From the NCBI GenBank assembly GCA_043821645.1, contig JBDRCO010000037.1, positions 250,021-314,020 on the forward strand: a stretch of 64,000 bases of DNA, in the 5' to 3' direction. The position numbers and the translations under genes are program-made. This document shows, piece by piece, positions 42,500 through 51,217 of this stretch; the stretch's first letter is position 1, and each line of letters opens with the position of its first letter. The notes below the pieces were generated by a model. The model was not told the origin of the DNA and did no database searches. It worked only from the letters and a program-made list of their open reading frames with translations. Source of the stretch: Pseudomonadota bacterium (GTDB lineage: Bacteria; Myxococcota; JACRCW01; JAFGSX01).

Positions 42500-44107
42500 T
42501 CACTTTGTTCCCTCGTGTCCGTCGCTCGTGACGTCCGTGCGCTCGTGGGCCATGCGGTCGAGTGGCGCCCGGAAGTAGTGCAGCGGCGAGTAGTACACGA
42601 AGTTGGTGACGCGGCTGGTGTAAACACAGGCGTACTCCTCGACCTGTGAGCCGAAGCGGCTGAGCTCGTTGCCCTCCTTGAACACGCGTCCCCAGGTCGC
42701 GTTGAAGCGATCATCAAGTTCGTCGTGCAGAGCCTCGACCTGCTCGCTGACCTGCTTGAGCTCGCGCCGCCGCTGGTCGATGTCCAGGCGCAGCGCACGC
42801 TCCAGTTCGTCGAGACCCCTCAGTTCGAGGGCGCCCAGGCGCTCGCCCCGTGACACTGGATCGTGGTGCACGATGCTCTCGACCCGCGGCAAAAAAGCTC
42901 GCAGATCGTTCAGGGCGTCGTCGAGCTGGCGGCGCCGGCGATCGAGGGCCGCCATGTGTTCATGCTCCGCGTGATCGCTGGCCAGGCGCGTCGCCTCCTC
43001 CTCCACCTCCGGTGTGATGAGCGCCGTGCGCCACAGGGTGTCCTTCTTGCTGCGCAGGATATCGCCGTAGATGTGGTCGCCCACGTACAGCACCGCGTCG
43101 CCATAGGCGCCAGCCATGCGTTCGAAGTCACGGATGTTGCCCCGCGCGTACACGATGCCGCGATCGAAACGGCCGCGGCTGAAGGTGCCCTTGACCTCGC
43201 CGGTCTCGTCGAGGACCAGGAAGGGTGCGCGCTCGGTGAAGAAGGATGGCTTGCTGGCCTCGACCACCACGACGTCGAAGTAGTTGCGCCAGGTCGGGTA
43301 CTCCTCGGCCGCGCCGTCGAGCAAGAAGCGCATCAGGTGGTTGGTGTAAGCGAAACCTGAGTTGGTGAGCAGGAACAGGCGCTTGCCGGACGAGCGCAGC
43401 TTGTGCAGGGTGGCCGAGAGGGCGCGGTCGCGCTCGATGAAGCGACCGAGGTCGGCCACGATCAGACTCTTGAGCGAGCCGTCGGCGTGCAACGCATCGA
43501 TGCATTCGCGCACGTCCGTGAAGATCTTCTCGTAGGAGATGGAACCGTCTTGTTCGGCCACGGGCTGCATGGGCTGACCTGCGGCGAGGCGGCGATCGAA
43601 GAAATCCACCAGGGCTGCATACAGGGCGCCCTCGGGAATGGCGAACAGCGAGTCCAGCGAGGCGTAGCGCTCCGCGGGCAGCCGGATGCGCCGCAGCCGA
43701 TACAGATCCCGGCGCTCCTCCCGATCGAGCAGACGACGTCCATGCATGGCCCGGCAGATGTGATCGTGGGCGTCCATCTTGAGCAGGTTGCCGCGCCGCT
43801 TGTCGACGACCAGGCCGCGAAGCACCAGCGCCGGATCGTAACTCAGCACCTTGGCTTCGACCGGGTAGCCTCGTTGCTCGATCAGGCGCTCGAGCGTCAT
43901 CCGGAACTGCAGGGTCTCCATCGGCTCCTTGCGATAGACCGCCAGGGTGTAGTCGAGGTCGAAGCCGACCTGGTGGATGCTGTCGAGGCGCAGATGGCGA
44001 TTGACGAAGAGGCGGCGTCCAGGCGATGCCGGCCCCGTGGGCTCGCCCGCCAGCACGAGTTCCAGGATGTCGGGATCTGTTCCGGCCGGAGCGTTCCAGG
44101 GAGGCAT
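42500..44107 (-). CDS. HAD-IG family 5'-nucleotidase
   Basis: FVNR.LRL, GFDLDYTL, FLLTNS, KPSFF, YVGDHIYGDI, YACVYTSRV. Confidence 0.93.
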   Translation of the reverse strand: MPPWNAPAGTDPDILELVLAGEPTGPASPGRRLFVNRHLRLDSIHQVGFDLDYTLAVYRKEPMETLQFRMTLERLIEQRGYPVEAKVLSYDPALVLRGLVVDKRRGNLLKMDAHDHICRAMHGRRLLDREERRDLYRLRRIRLPAERYASLDSLFAIPEGALYAALVDFFDRRLAAGQPMQPVAEQDGSISYEKIFTDVRECIDALHADGSLKSLIVADLGRFIERDRALSATLHKLRSSGKRLFLLTNSGFAYTNHLMRFLLDGAAEEYPTWRNYFDVVVVEASKPSFFTERAPFLVLDETGEVKGTFSRGRFDRGIVYARGNIRDFERMAGAYGDAVLYVGDHIYGDILRSKKDTLWRTALITPEVEEEATRLASDHAEHEHMAALDRRRRQLDDALNDLRAFLPRVESIVHHDPVSRGERLGALELRGLDELERALRLDIDQRRRELKQVSEQVEALHDELDDRFNATWGRVFKEGNELSRFGSQVEEYACVYTSRVTNFVYYSPLHYFRAPLDRMAHERTDVTSDGHEGTK

Positions 44108-44113
44108 GTCGCC

Positions 44114-44143
44114 ATTGTAGCGAGGGAAAGCACCTCCGAACAA
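44114..44143 (-). promoter_or_regulatory. sigma70 promoter, leaderless, for the 5'-nucleotidase
   Basis: Minus strand TTGTTC, 18 bp, TACAAT, 6 nt, ATG (44107). Confidence 0.55.
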
Positions 44144-44327
44144 GGGCGAGACTCTCCTGGGCTGGGCCATTGCGACGAGAAAAGGGCTGTGATACCAAGG
44201 AGCCTGGCTGAATGGCCAGGACGCACAGGCGGCCGTGCGGAGGACCGCTGCGGCGCGTGCGCCCATGGTTTTGATCCTGAGCTCATCTGTACTGTACGCA
44301 GCAGGGGTGAGCGCGGCACGGAGTTCG

Positions 44328-46607
44328 ATGCGAACGTGGATCCTGCTGCTGGCCCTGTTCGTTGCCAGCGGGCCCCGCTCCGCGCTGGCGCAGGCCCAGC
44401 CACCTGTCTGGGTGGATGACGAGGCCTCGGCCGACGACGACCAGCGCAGCGCCCTCGGGGTTGTTGACGAGGATCCGGAGCCGACTGTCGGGGACGACCA
44501 GGCTGTCGGGGATGAGGACGACGCCGAGGATCCCTACCCCGAGAAGATAGACCCCACGGTGTTCACTGCGGATGGCGCGGAGCAACCGCCTCCGCCGCCA
44601 CCACCGGTGCTCGATCGCCCAGCACCTCCGCCCCCGGTGAAGGGCAAGCCGGATGCATCCTCTGCAGGCATGGACCCGGTGCCGCCGACGCCCAGGCCCG
44701 GGACAGGCGACAAGTCCCCCGACACCAGCGACAAGCCTGGCAGCTTCGAGGAGAGCATCCGCGCCGTGAGCTTCGGCGAGGTGGAACGGGCCGGCGATCT
44801 GCGTGGCCAGTTCCTCGAAATGTGGCACGAGCGACGCCTCGCCCTGGCGCGGGGCGACAATCTGGCCGCGGCCAACCAGCTCAATGCCCTGATCGCACAG
44901 TTCCGTCGCTACGGTGGGGAGGGCCCCCTGGCTTCGAGTGCTCGCGACATCGGCTCGGCGCTCGCCCGCGAGGCCCGGACAGCCCTGGCAGAAAAAGACA
45001 CCCGGCGTGCCGTGGCCCTGGCAGACAATGCAGCGTTGCTGGCACCGGACCAGGCACCCGTCTTCCTCACCCTGGCGAGGGTGCGGCTGGCTCACGCGCC
45101 TTTGGATCTCAAGGGCCAGGTGTCGGCTCTGCGCGGAGCGCTGCTGGCGATCCGTGGCGATCTTGGGGTGCTGATCGGCTTTGCATTGCTGGCGCTGGCA
45201 CTGCTTTTCGTGGTGGCGCTGGCGGCTCCCATGCTCGCCAGCCTTGTGCTGCTACTGCGCTGCGGCCGCCTGCTCGGCCACGACCTGCGGCACCTGCTGC
45301 CCAGGGGCGTCTCGACGCTGCAGTCCTTGTTGCTGGTGTTGCTGCTCGCGGTGTTGCCGGTGCTGCTCAAGCTTGGCCCCCAGCTCGGTGTGCTGTGGTG
45401 GCTGTTGATGATCTGGGCCTACCTGACGCGACGTGAGCGCGCCGCGATGCTGGGCCTGTGGCTGATCACCGTGCTGGCGCCGATCTCACTGATCGCCGCG
45501 ACGCACCTGCTGAGCCCCGAGGCCCGCGATGCCAGCCAGCTGTTCGCGCTCTCGCGCGACCTGGGTACCCGCGACGCAAAAGGCCAGCTGGTGGCACTGC
45601 TCCAGGAACACCCCGACGACGCAGCAGTACTGGGGACCCTGGGCGTGCTGCACAAGCGCGACGGCGAGCTCGAGGAGGCGCGCACCAGGCTCAACCAGGC
45701 CATCGCGAAGGAACCTGACTGGGCCTGGCTGCACAACAACCTGGGCAACGTGCGCGTGCTCGAGAGCGACATCGACGGAGGTCTGGCCGAGTACCAGCGC
45801 GCGGTCGACCTCGAGCCCACCCTGCTCGAGGCGCACTTCAACATCGCCAACCTGTATTTCCGCCAGCGCAAGATGGTGCAGGCCAAGGAGGCCAGTGCCG
45901 CCGCTCTCAACCTCGACGCCACACGCTTCGCGGCCTTCAAGGAGATGGCAGACACGGCCCCTAGCCGGATTCACAACCGCGCGGTGGTCGACATCAACCT
46001 GCCCCTGGCCGTCGCGGCGGCGCGCCTGCTCGAGGAGCCTGCCAGCAAGGCCAGGATCGAGCGCGAGGTCGGGCGCATCCTGTTCTTTGGCCTGGCTCCC
46101 GGTGCTGCGATCGGTGTCAGCGTCGGCGGTTTCGTGCTGTTGCTGGTGCTCGGGCTGTTGATTCCCCGCCTCAAGCCTGCCCATCCCTGCCCGCGCTGCG
46201 GCCAGGCCGCCTGTGCGCGTTGCGATGCCGACCTGCCTCGCCACGACGTGTGCGCGCAGTGCTTTCACGCTTTCCTGGCACCGGCCAAGAACATCGACGC
46301 CAACCTCAAGATCCGCAAGGAGATCGAGGTGCGACGCCACAAGGCGCGAGGCGACAATGTGCGCCGGCTGCTCAGTGCGCTGCTGGCAGGTTCTGGGCAC
46401 CTGGTCGCGGGGGCGCCGGTGCGCGGTGTGATCGGTGTGGTGCTCTTCGTCACCATCGTCAGCGCCATCTTTTTCCTCGGTGGTGTGGTGCCCATGCCCT
46501 TCGCGGTGAGTGCGGGCTGGCCCCTAGTGCGCACGGTGGTGCTGGTCGTGCTGTTCTTGTTGCTGGCGGTGTGGGCTGTGTTCAGCGCATCGCGGCTGGA
46601 GGACTGA
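44328..46607 (+). CDS. Multi-TM tetratricopeptide-repeat protein with Cys cluster
   Basis: Signal peptide, acidic/Pro-rich linker, TPRs (LHNNLGNV, AHFNIA), CPRC..C..C...CAQC, several TMs. Confidence 0.85.
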   Translation: MRTWILLLALFVASGPRSALAQAQPPVWVDDEASADDDQRSALGVVDEDPEPTVGDDQAVGDEDDAEDPYPEKIDPTVFTADGAEQPPPPPPPVLDRPAPPPPVKGKPDASSAGMDPVPPTPRPGTGDKSPDTSDKPGSFEESIRAVSFGEVERAGDLRGQFLEMWHERRLALARGDNLAAANQLNALIAQFRRYGGEGPLASSARDIGSALAREARTALAEKDTRRAVALADNAALLAPDQAPVFLTLARVRLAHAPLDLKGQVSALRGALLAIRGDLGVLIGFALLALALLFVVALAAPMLASLVLLLRCGRLLGHDLRHLLPRGVSTLQSLLLVLLLAVLPVLLKLGPQLGVLWWLLMIWAYLTRRERAAMLGLWLITVLAPISLIAATHLLSPEARDASQLFALSRDLGTRDAKGQLVALLQEHPDDAAVLGTLGVLHKRDGELEEARTRLNQAIAKEPDWAWLHNNLGNVRVLESDIDGGLAEYQRAVDLEPTLLEAHFNIANLYFRQRKMVQAKEASAAALNLDATRFAAFKEMADTAPSRIHNRAVVDINLPLAVAAARLLEEPASKARIEREVGRILFFGLAPGAAIGVSVGGFVLLLVLGLLIPRLKPAHPCPRCGQAACARCDADLPRHDVCAQCFHAFLAPAKNIDANLKIRKEIEVRRHKARGDNVRRLLSALLAGSGHLVAGAPVRGVIGVVLFVTIVSAIFFLGGVVPMPFAVSAGWPLVRTVVLVVLFLLLAVWAVFSASRLED

Positions 46608-46609
46608 GC

Positions 46610-47824
46610 GTGGCCCTCAAGGGAACCCTCAAGGACTTCGGCATCGCCGACATCCTCCAGCTCATCGGGCACCAGCTCAAGACCGGTGTGCTCAAGCTGG
46701 CGACCAAGCAGCAGGAGGTCCGGGTTTCCTTCGTCGATGGCAACGTCGTCAAGGCTGAGAGCACGACCCGCGACAAGCAGGACCTGCTGGGCTCCATCCT
46801 GGTCCGGGCCGAGGGCCTGACCCAGGACCAGCTCGACACCGCTCTCGAGATCCAGCGTCGCACGCTCAAGCGGCTGGGCGACATCCTGGTGGACTCCGGC
46901 TACGTGTCCCGGGAGACCATTCGCGACTTCACCCGGCTGCAGACCACCGAGACCATCTACAAGCTGTTCCTGTGGAAGAGCGGGACCTACGAGTTCGAGC
47001 AGGGAGGTATCGACTACGACCCCGAATCCTACGAACCCATCCGGGCCGAGAGCGTGCTCATGGAAGGGTTCCGGATGGTCGACGAGTGGCCCTTTATCCG
47101 CAAGCGCATCACCAGCTATGCCATGCGCTTCGAGATCCTGAAGCCATTGCCCGAGGGCTCCGTTGCAGAGAACAAGCCCAACGAGGATGACTTCCTGTCT
47201 GGCATCGACGACGCGTTCTCGGCCATCGAGGAGAGCGTCCCCGAGCCCAAGCTCGAGACCTCGCTCGGTGCACACGAGCGCCTGGTCTACGGCCTGATCA
47301 CCCCCGACCGCGACGCCCAGAAGCTCATCGACCTGTCGCGTCTGGGTGAGTTCGAGACCTGCAAGGCCCTGATGAACCTGCTCAATGCCGGGCTCATCGC
47401 GGGCATTGCACCGCAGAAGGGGACCCAGGCCTCGTCCCAGGATGAGGGCGGTGGCCTGGTGGCTCCGCGCGGTCCGTCGCGGGTGGTGCCGGTGCTGGTG
47501 CGGGCGGCCATGACCACCCTGCTGCTGGCACTGGTGCTACTGCTGGTGCGAATCACAGGGGTGAGCCCCCGCGGCCTGTGGCGAGATCAAACCCTGTACG
47601 CGGACGGTGTGGCCCTGGAGGAGGCCATGGGCTGGCGCAGCGAGCTCCGCCTGACCCGCGCCATCGAGGTCTACAGGCTCGAATTCGGGCGCTATCCGGA
47701 GCAGCTCACTGACCTGGTTTCCGTGGGCATCCTCAACCGTCGGGACCTGCGCTATCCCTGGCAGGACAGCTACGCCTACCGCACTAACGGTAATTCCTAT
47801 CAGCTACGTAGGCCATTCCGCTGA
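46610..47824 (+). CDS. DUF4388 domain membrane protein
   Basis: ALKGTLKDFGIADILQLI...KTGVL, LGSILV...LGDILV, W.SG.YEF, MEG.R..DEW; C-terminal T2SS-G-like YRLEFGRYPEQL.DLV. Confidence 0.88.
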   Translation: MALKGTLKDFGIADILQLIGHQLKTGVLKLATKQQEVRVSFVDGNVVKAESTTRDKQDLLGSILVRAEGLTQDQLDTALEIQRRTLKRLGDILVDSGYVSRETIRDFTRLQTTETIYKLFLWKSGTYEFEQGGIDYDPESYEPIRAESVLMEGFRMVDEWPFIRKRITSYAMRFEILKPLPEGSVAENKPNEDDFLSGIDDAFSAIEESVPEPKLETSLGAHERLVYGLITPDRDAQKLIDLSRLGEFETCKALMNLLNAGLIAGIAPQKGTQASSQDEGGGLVAPRGPSRVVPVLVRAAMTTLLLALVLLLVRITGVSPRGLWRDQTLYADGVALEEAMGWRSELRLTRAIEVYRLEFGRYPEQLTDLVSVGILNRRDLRYPWQDSYAYRTNGNSYQLRRPFR

Positions 47825-47855
47825 GGTGGACAGCACAGAGTTCGTGGTAAGCTTG

Positions 47856-48059
47856 CAGGTCGTGCTGCACGGCAGGTCGATCCGTCCGAGCAAGGCAGCG
47901 TGAACTCACCCGGAGCGGCAGGCGCTCCAGCCGGTCCCGGACGCCACGGGCCGCCCCCTTCGAAGCTCAGAAGCGTTCGCCCTGGGAGCCACCCCACGCC
48001 GACGCAGGAGGATACCCTGGGCGCCAAATGCTTGAGTGACCGGCCCCTTGCACGACCTG
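47856..48059 (+). ncRNA. Candidate structured RNA (unassigned; strand inferred from the promoter)
   Basis: 10-bp closing helix CAGGTCGTGC/GCACGACCTG plus nested helices; extended -10 TGGTAAGCT at 47845-53. Confidence 0.4.
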
Positions 48060-48117
48060 GCCGCATGGACCTCGGCGGGCACAGGCTCGCCCCGGGCCGG
48101 GCACCGGGGAGCCGCCC

Positions 48118-50694
48118 ATGAAGTTGCCCGATGCCGAGAAGGGCTGGGCCGAGCGCACTGCGGTACGGCTCGGACAGCTGGGCCTGGTGACGAGCGGCCC
48201 CGAACTGCGCTCGACGCTACGCCGCACAGGTCTGCTGCTTCTGCTGGCCGCGGCCACCGCAGGCATCATGATGCCGGCGCTGTATGGTGCCAAGTATCCG
48301 GTGAGCGAGAACCTGCTCGGGTCCTTTGCGACGACCAACTACAAGGCAGACCGCGACTACGAGATCCCGGACGCCGTGACCTCGGCCCGGCTCCGCGAGG
48401 AGGCCGTGGCGGCGGTCCCCCCGGTCTATGACCTGGATCGCCGCGTTGCCACCGAGGTGGCAGCCAATCTGCGCGCGGCCTTTGCGCACATCAACAAGGT
48501 GGCGCTGGGCGAGGGCGACACGGCAGCGTCGACCGAGGATGGAGGCGTGGTCGAGGCGCTGCCGGCCGGGAGCGCCTACACCGAGCGCCTGCAGGGCGAG
48601 CGCGAGCGCTTTCAGAGTCTGCTCGGACTGCCGGTGGAAGCCGCGCTCTACGATTCCCTGGTGGGGGTGGCCCTGGACCGGAGCCTGGGACCCACCCTGG
48701 CGAGCACCGTGGGTGACGTGCTGGAGTCCGGTGTGATCTCGGACCGGACCGCGGTCGCCAGCGAGGGCGTCGAGATCATCTCGGTGCGCACCACGCAGAA
48801 TCAGAACACGCGCGAACGTCGGCGCGACGTGGAGTCTCTGGTCGAGCTGGGCGATGCCCGCGAGCGCGTGACGCGTCACCTGCGCCAGGCTCTGGTGGAC
48901 AGGTCCGAGGCCGTGCGCGAGGCCTTGATCAAGCTGGCGGTGTCGAGCCTGCGGCCGACCCTGATCTACAACCGGGAGTTCACCGAGGAGCGGCGCCAGG
49001 TCTCGGCCACCACCGTCAAGCCCGTGGCCATCAAGGTGCGGCGTGGCGAGATGATCCTGCGCGACGGTGACGCCTTCCAGTCGCGGCACCTGCTCATTTT
49101 CCGGGGCATGCAGGAAGCGCAGCGCTCGCAGCGCCTGACCGTCTTCGGTTCCGGCGTGATGTTTCTGGTGCTCACCCTCATCGCGGGGCTGCGCTTTTTT
49201 GGCCGCCGCAGCCTGCGGACACTGCACCTCGAGGACAAGGACCTGCTCGCCCTGACCCTGGTGCTGTTTGCCACCGTGGCCCTGGCCACCGGCTGGAGTG
49301 CGGTCGCGCCAGCCATCCAGGAGCGCCTCCCGGGGCTGGCCCTGCCCGCGATCCGCCAGATGGTGCCGGTGTCCTTTGGGGCCATGCTCATCGGCTTTCT
49401 CATGGCGCCCGAGGTGGCCCTGCTGTTTGCGGTGACCGCCGCGGTGCTCAGCGGTCTGGCCATGGAGGCGAGCCTCCCCTTTGCCATCTACACCCTGGTC
49501 GGGAGTGTGGTGGCCGCCGCCGGCGTGGCCCGGGCGCGCCTGCGCACGACCCTGATGAAGGCGGGCTTCCTCACCGGGGTGGCCAGCGTGGTCACGGGTC
49601 TGTGCTTGCGCCTGGCCACGGGCACAACGCCTGGCTGGAACGACCTGGGAGCCCACCTGCTCTTTGGTATGGTCAGCGGCCTCAGTGCGGCCCTGATCGT
49701 GGCCGGCCTGGTCCCCGTGATCGAGGCCGTGTTCGGCTATGTCTCGGACATCAAGCTGCTCGAGCTGGCCAACCTGAACCACCCCTTGCTGCGCGAACTC
49801 ATCGTGCAGGCTCCCGGGACCTATCACCACAGCATCATCATCGGTTCGCTGGTCGAGACCGGGGCGGAGGTCATCGGCGCCAACGCGCTGCTGGCACGGG
49901 TGATGGCCTATTACCACGACGTCGGCAAGATCAAGAGTCCACGCTACTTCGCGGAGAACCAGCGCGACGGCCAGAATCCTCACGACAAGCTGGCGCCGTC
50001 GATGAGTGCTCTCATCCTGCGCAGCCACGTCAAGGACGGCATGGAGCTGGCGCGCCAGCACAAGTTGCCGGCCATCGTCACCGACGCCATCATCGAACAC
50101 CACGGCAACAACCTGATGACCTTCTTCTTCGAGAGGGCCAAGGGTTCGGCCGACGCCGAGGTGCAGACCATCAACGAGGTGGACTACCGCTATGCTGGGC
50201 GGCGACCGCAGTCGAGGGAGACCGCGCTGGTCATGATCGGCGACGCGGTGGAGGCCGCCTCGCGCTCGGTTCCCGATCCCACCTCGGAGCGGCTGCTCGG
50301 GCTGGTGCAGAAGACCATCAATCGGCTGTTCGCGGATGGCTCGCTGGATCAGTCCCAGCTCACGCTCAAGGACCTGCACGAGATCGCCAAGGCCTTTCAC
50401 CGCGTGCTGCTCGGCATTTACCACGAGCGACCAGCCTACAGCACGCCGGCCACCAAGGAACGGCGCGCCGATACCAAGGAGATACCGCGGGAGCGCAAGG
50501 ACACGCGTCCCGAGACCAAGGACAGCAACGCTCGCGAGCGGTCCGCCGACAGCGAGGGAGCCGAGCGAGGCAAGGAGGCGGCGCGTGCCAAGGGTGAGCG
50601 CCAGGGCAACGGTCCGGGCAGCGGGGCTGGCGATCGCGCCGCGCGCAGCGAGACTACTCCAGAAAATCTTAAGCGCCTCGGGAGTGATCCCTGA
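48118..50694 (+). CDS. 7TM-HD phosphohydrolase (PgpH-like c-di-AMP phosphodiesterase)
   Basis: Extracytoplasmic domain, multi-TM region, APGTYHHS, YYHDVGK, YFAENQ, HVKDG, EHHG, DAVEAA; followed by ybeY. Confidence 0.9.
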   Translation: MKLPDAEKGWAERTAVRLGQLGLVTSGPELRSTLRRTGLLLLLAAATAGIMMPALYGAKYPVSENLLGSFATTNYKADRDYEIPDAVTSARLREEAVAAVPPVYDLDRRVATEVAANLRAAFAHINKVALGEGDTAASTEDGGVVEALPAGSAYTERLQGERERFQSLLGLPVEAALYDSLVGVALDRSLGPTLASTVGDVLESGVISDRTAVASEGVEIISVRTTQNQNTRERRRDVESLVELGDARERVTRHLRQALVDRSEAVREALIKLAVSSLRPTLIYNREFTEERRQVSATTVKPVAIKVRRGEMILRDGDAFQSRHLLIFRGMQEAQRSQRLTVFGSGVMFLVLTLIAGLRFFGRRSLRTLHLEDKDLLALTLVLFATVALATGWSAVAPAIQERLPGLALPAIRQMVPVSFGAMLIGFLMAPEVALLFAVTAAVLSGLAMEASLPFAIYTLVGSVVAAAGVARARLRTTLMKAGFLTGVASVVTGLCLRLATGTTPGWNDLGAHLLFGMVSGLSAALIVAGLVPVIEAVFGYVSDIKLLELANLNHPLLRELIVQAPGTYHHSIIIGSLVETGAEVIGANALLARVMAYYHDVGKIKSPRYFAENQRDGQNPHDKLAPSMSALILRSHVKDGMELARQHKLPAIVTDAIIEHHGNNLMTFFFERAKGSADAEVQTINEVDYRYAGRRPQSRETALVMIGDAVEAASRSVPDPTSERLLGLVQKTINRLFADGSLDQSQLTLKDLHEIAKAFHRVLLGIYHERPAYSTPATKERRADTKEIPRERKDTRPETKDSNARERSADSEGAERGKEAARAKGERQGNGPGSGAGDRAARSETTPENLKRLGSDP

Positions 50695-51070
50695 GGTCGA
50701 GGTCTCCCTTCTCCTGGTGGGCGCGGATCGCATGCGCGCTCTCAACCGACAGCACCGCGGTGTGGACCGACCCACCGACGTGTTGAGCTTTCCGCAGTTC
50801 GAGTCCGGGGAGCCCCTGCCCGCGGCAGGACCGCTGTCCCTGGGCGACCTGGTGGTGTGCTGGCCTGTGCTGCAGGCCCAGGCCCGTCGCCATGGCCACC
50901 ACGACAGCGACGAGCTCGCCGTGCTGCTGGTGCACGGGACCCTGCACTTGCTCGGTCAGGATCACCTCGGCGCAGGCCTCGCACGCGACATGGCCGAGCG
51001 CGAGATGTGCGTGCTGTCCGCCCTCGGCGTGGCGCCAGAGCTCGCTCTCGTGGGGCGGCAGCTGCACTGA
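50684..51070 (+). CDS. ybeY: rRNA maturation factor YbeY
   Basis: LNRQHRG.DRPTDVLSF, LGDLV, HGTLHLLGQDH. Confidence 0.93.
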   Translation: MIPEVEVSLLLVGADRMRALNRQHRGVDRPTDVLSFPQFESGEPLPAAGPLSLGDLVVCWPVLQAQARRHGHHDSDELAVLLVHGTLHLLGQDHLGAGLARDMAEREMCVLSALGVAPELALVGRQLH

Positions 51071-51217
51071 TACACCGCTCACTTGTCTGCTCTGGCCGGG
51101 TCGGTCATGCTGCGGGGAGCTTTGTTCCGCAGGGACCTCGACGCTTGCCTGCCGCTGCGGCCGGCGAGGTCGGCGTCCGCCGTTGGTGATGGCCGAGACC
51201 AGAAACGAAAGCACACT

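Noticed and set aside
47856..48059. Canonical ydaO c-di-AMP riboswitch, SRP, RNase P, tmRNA or retron msr-msd
   Set aside because: The diagnostic motifs (GGGGNNAAUC and CAGCUAAC; CAGG..GGAAG..AGCA; GAGGAAAGUCC; tRNA-like ends) are absent, and no reverse transcriptase gene is in the window.
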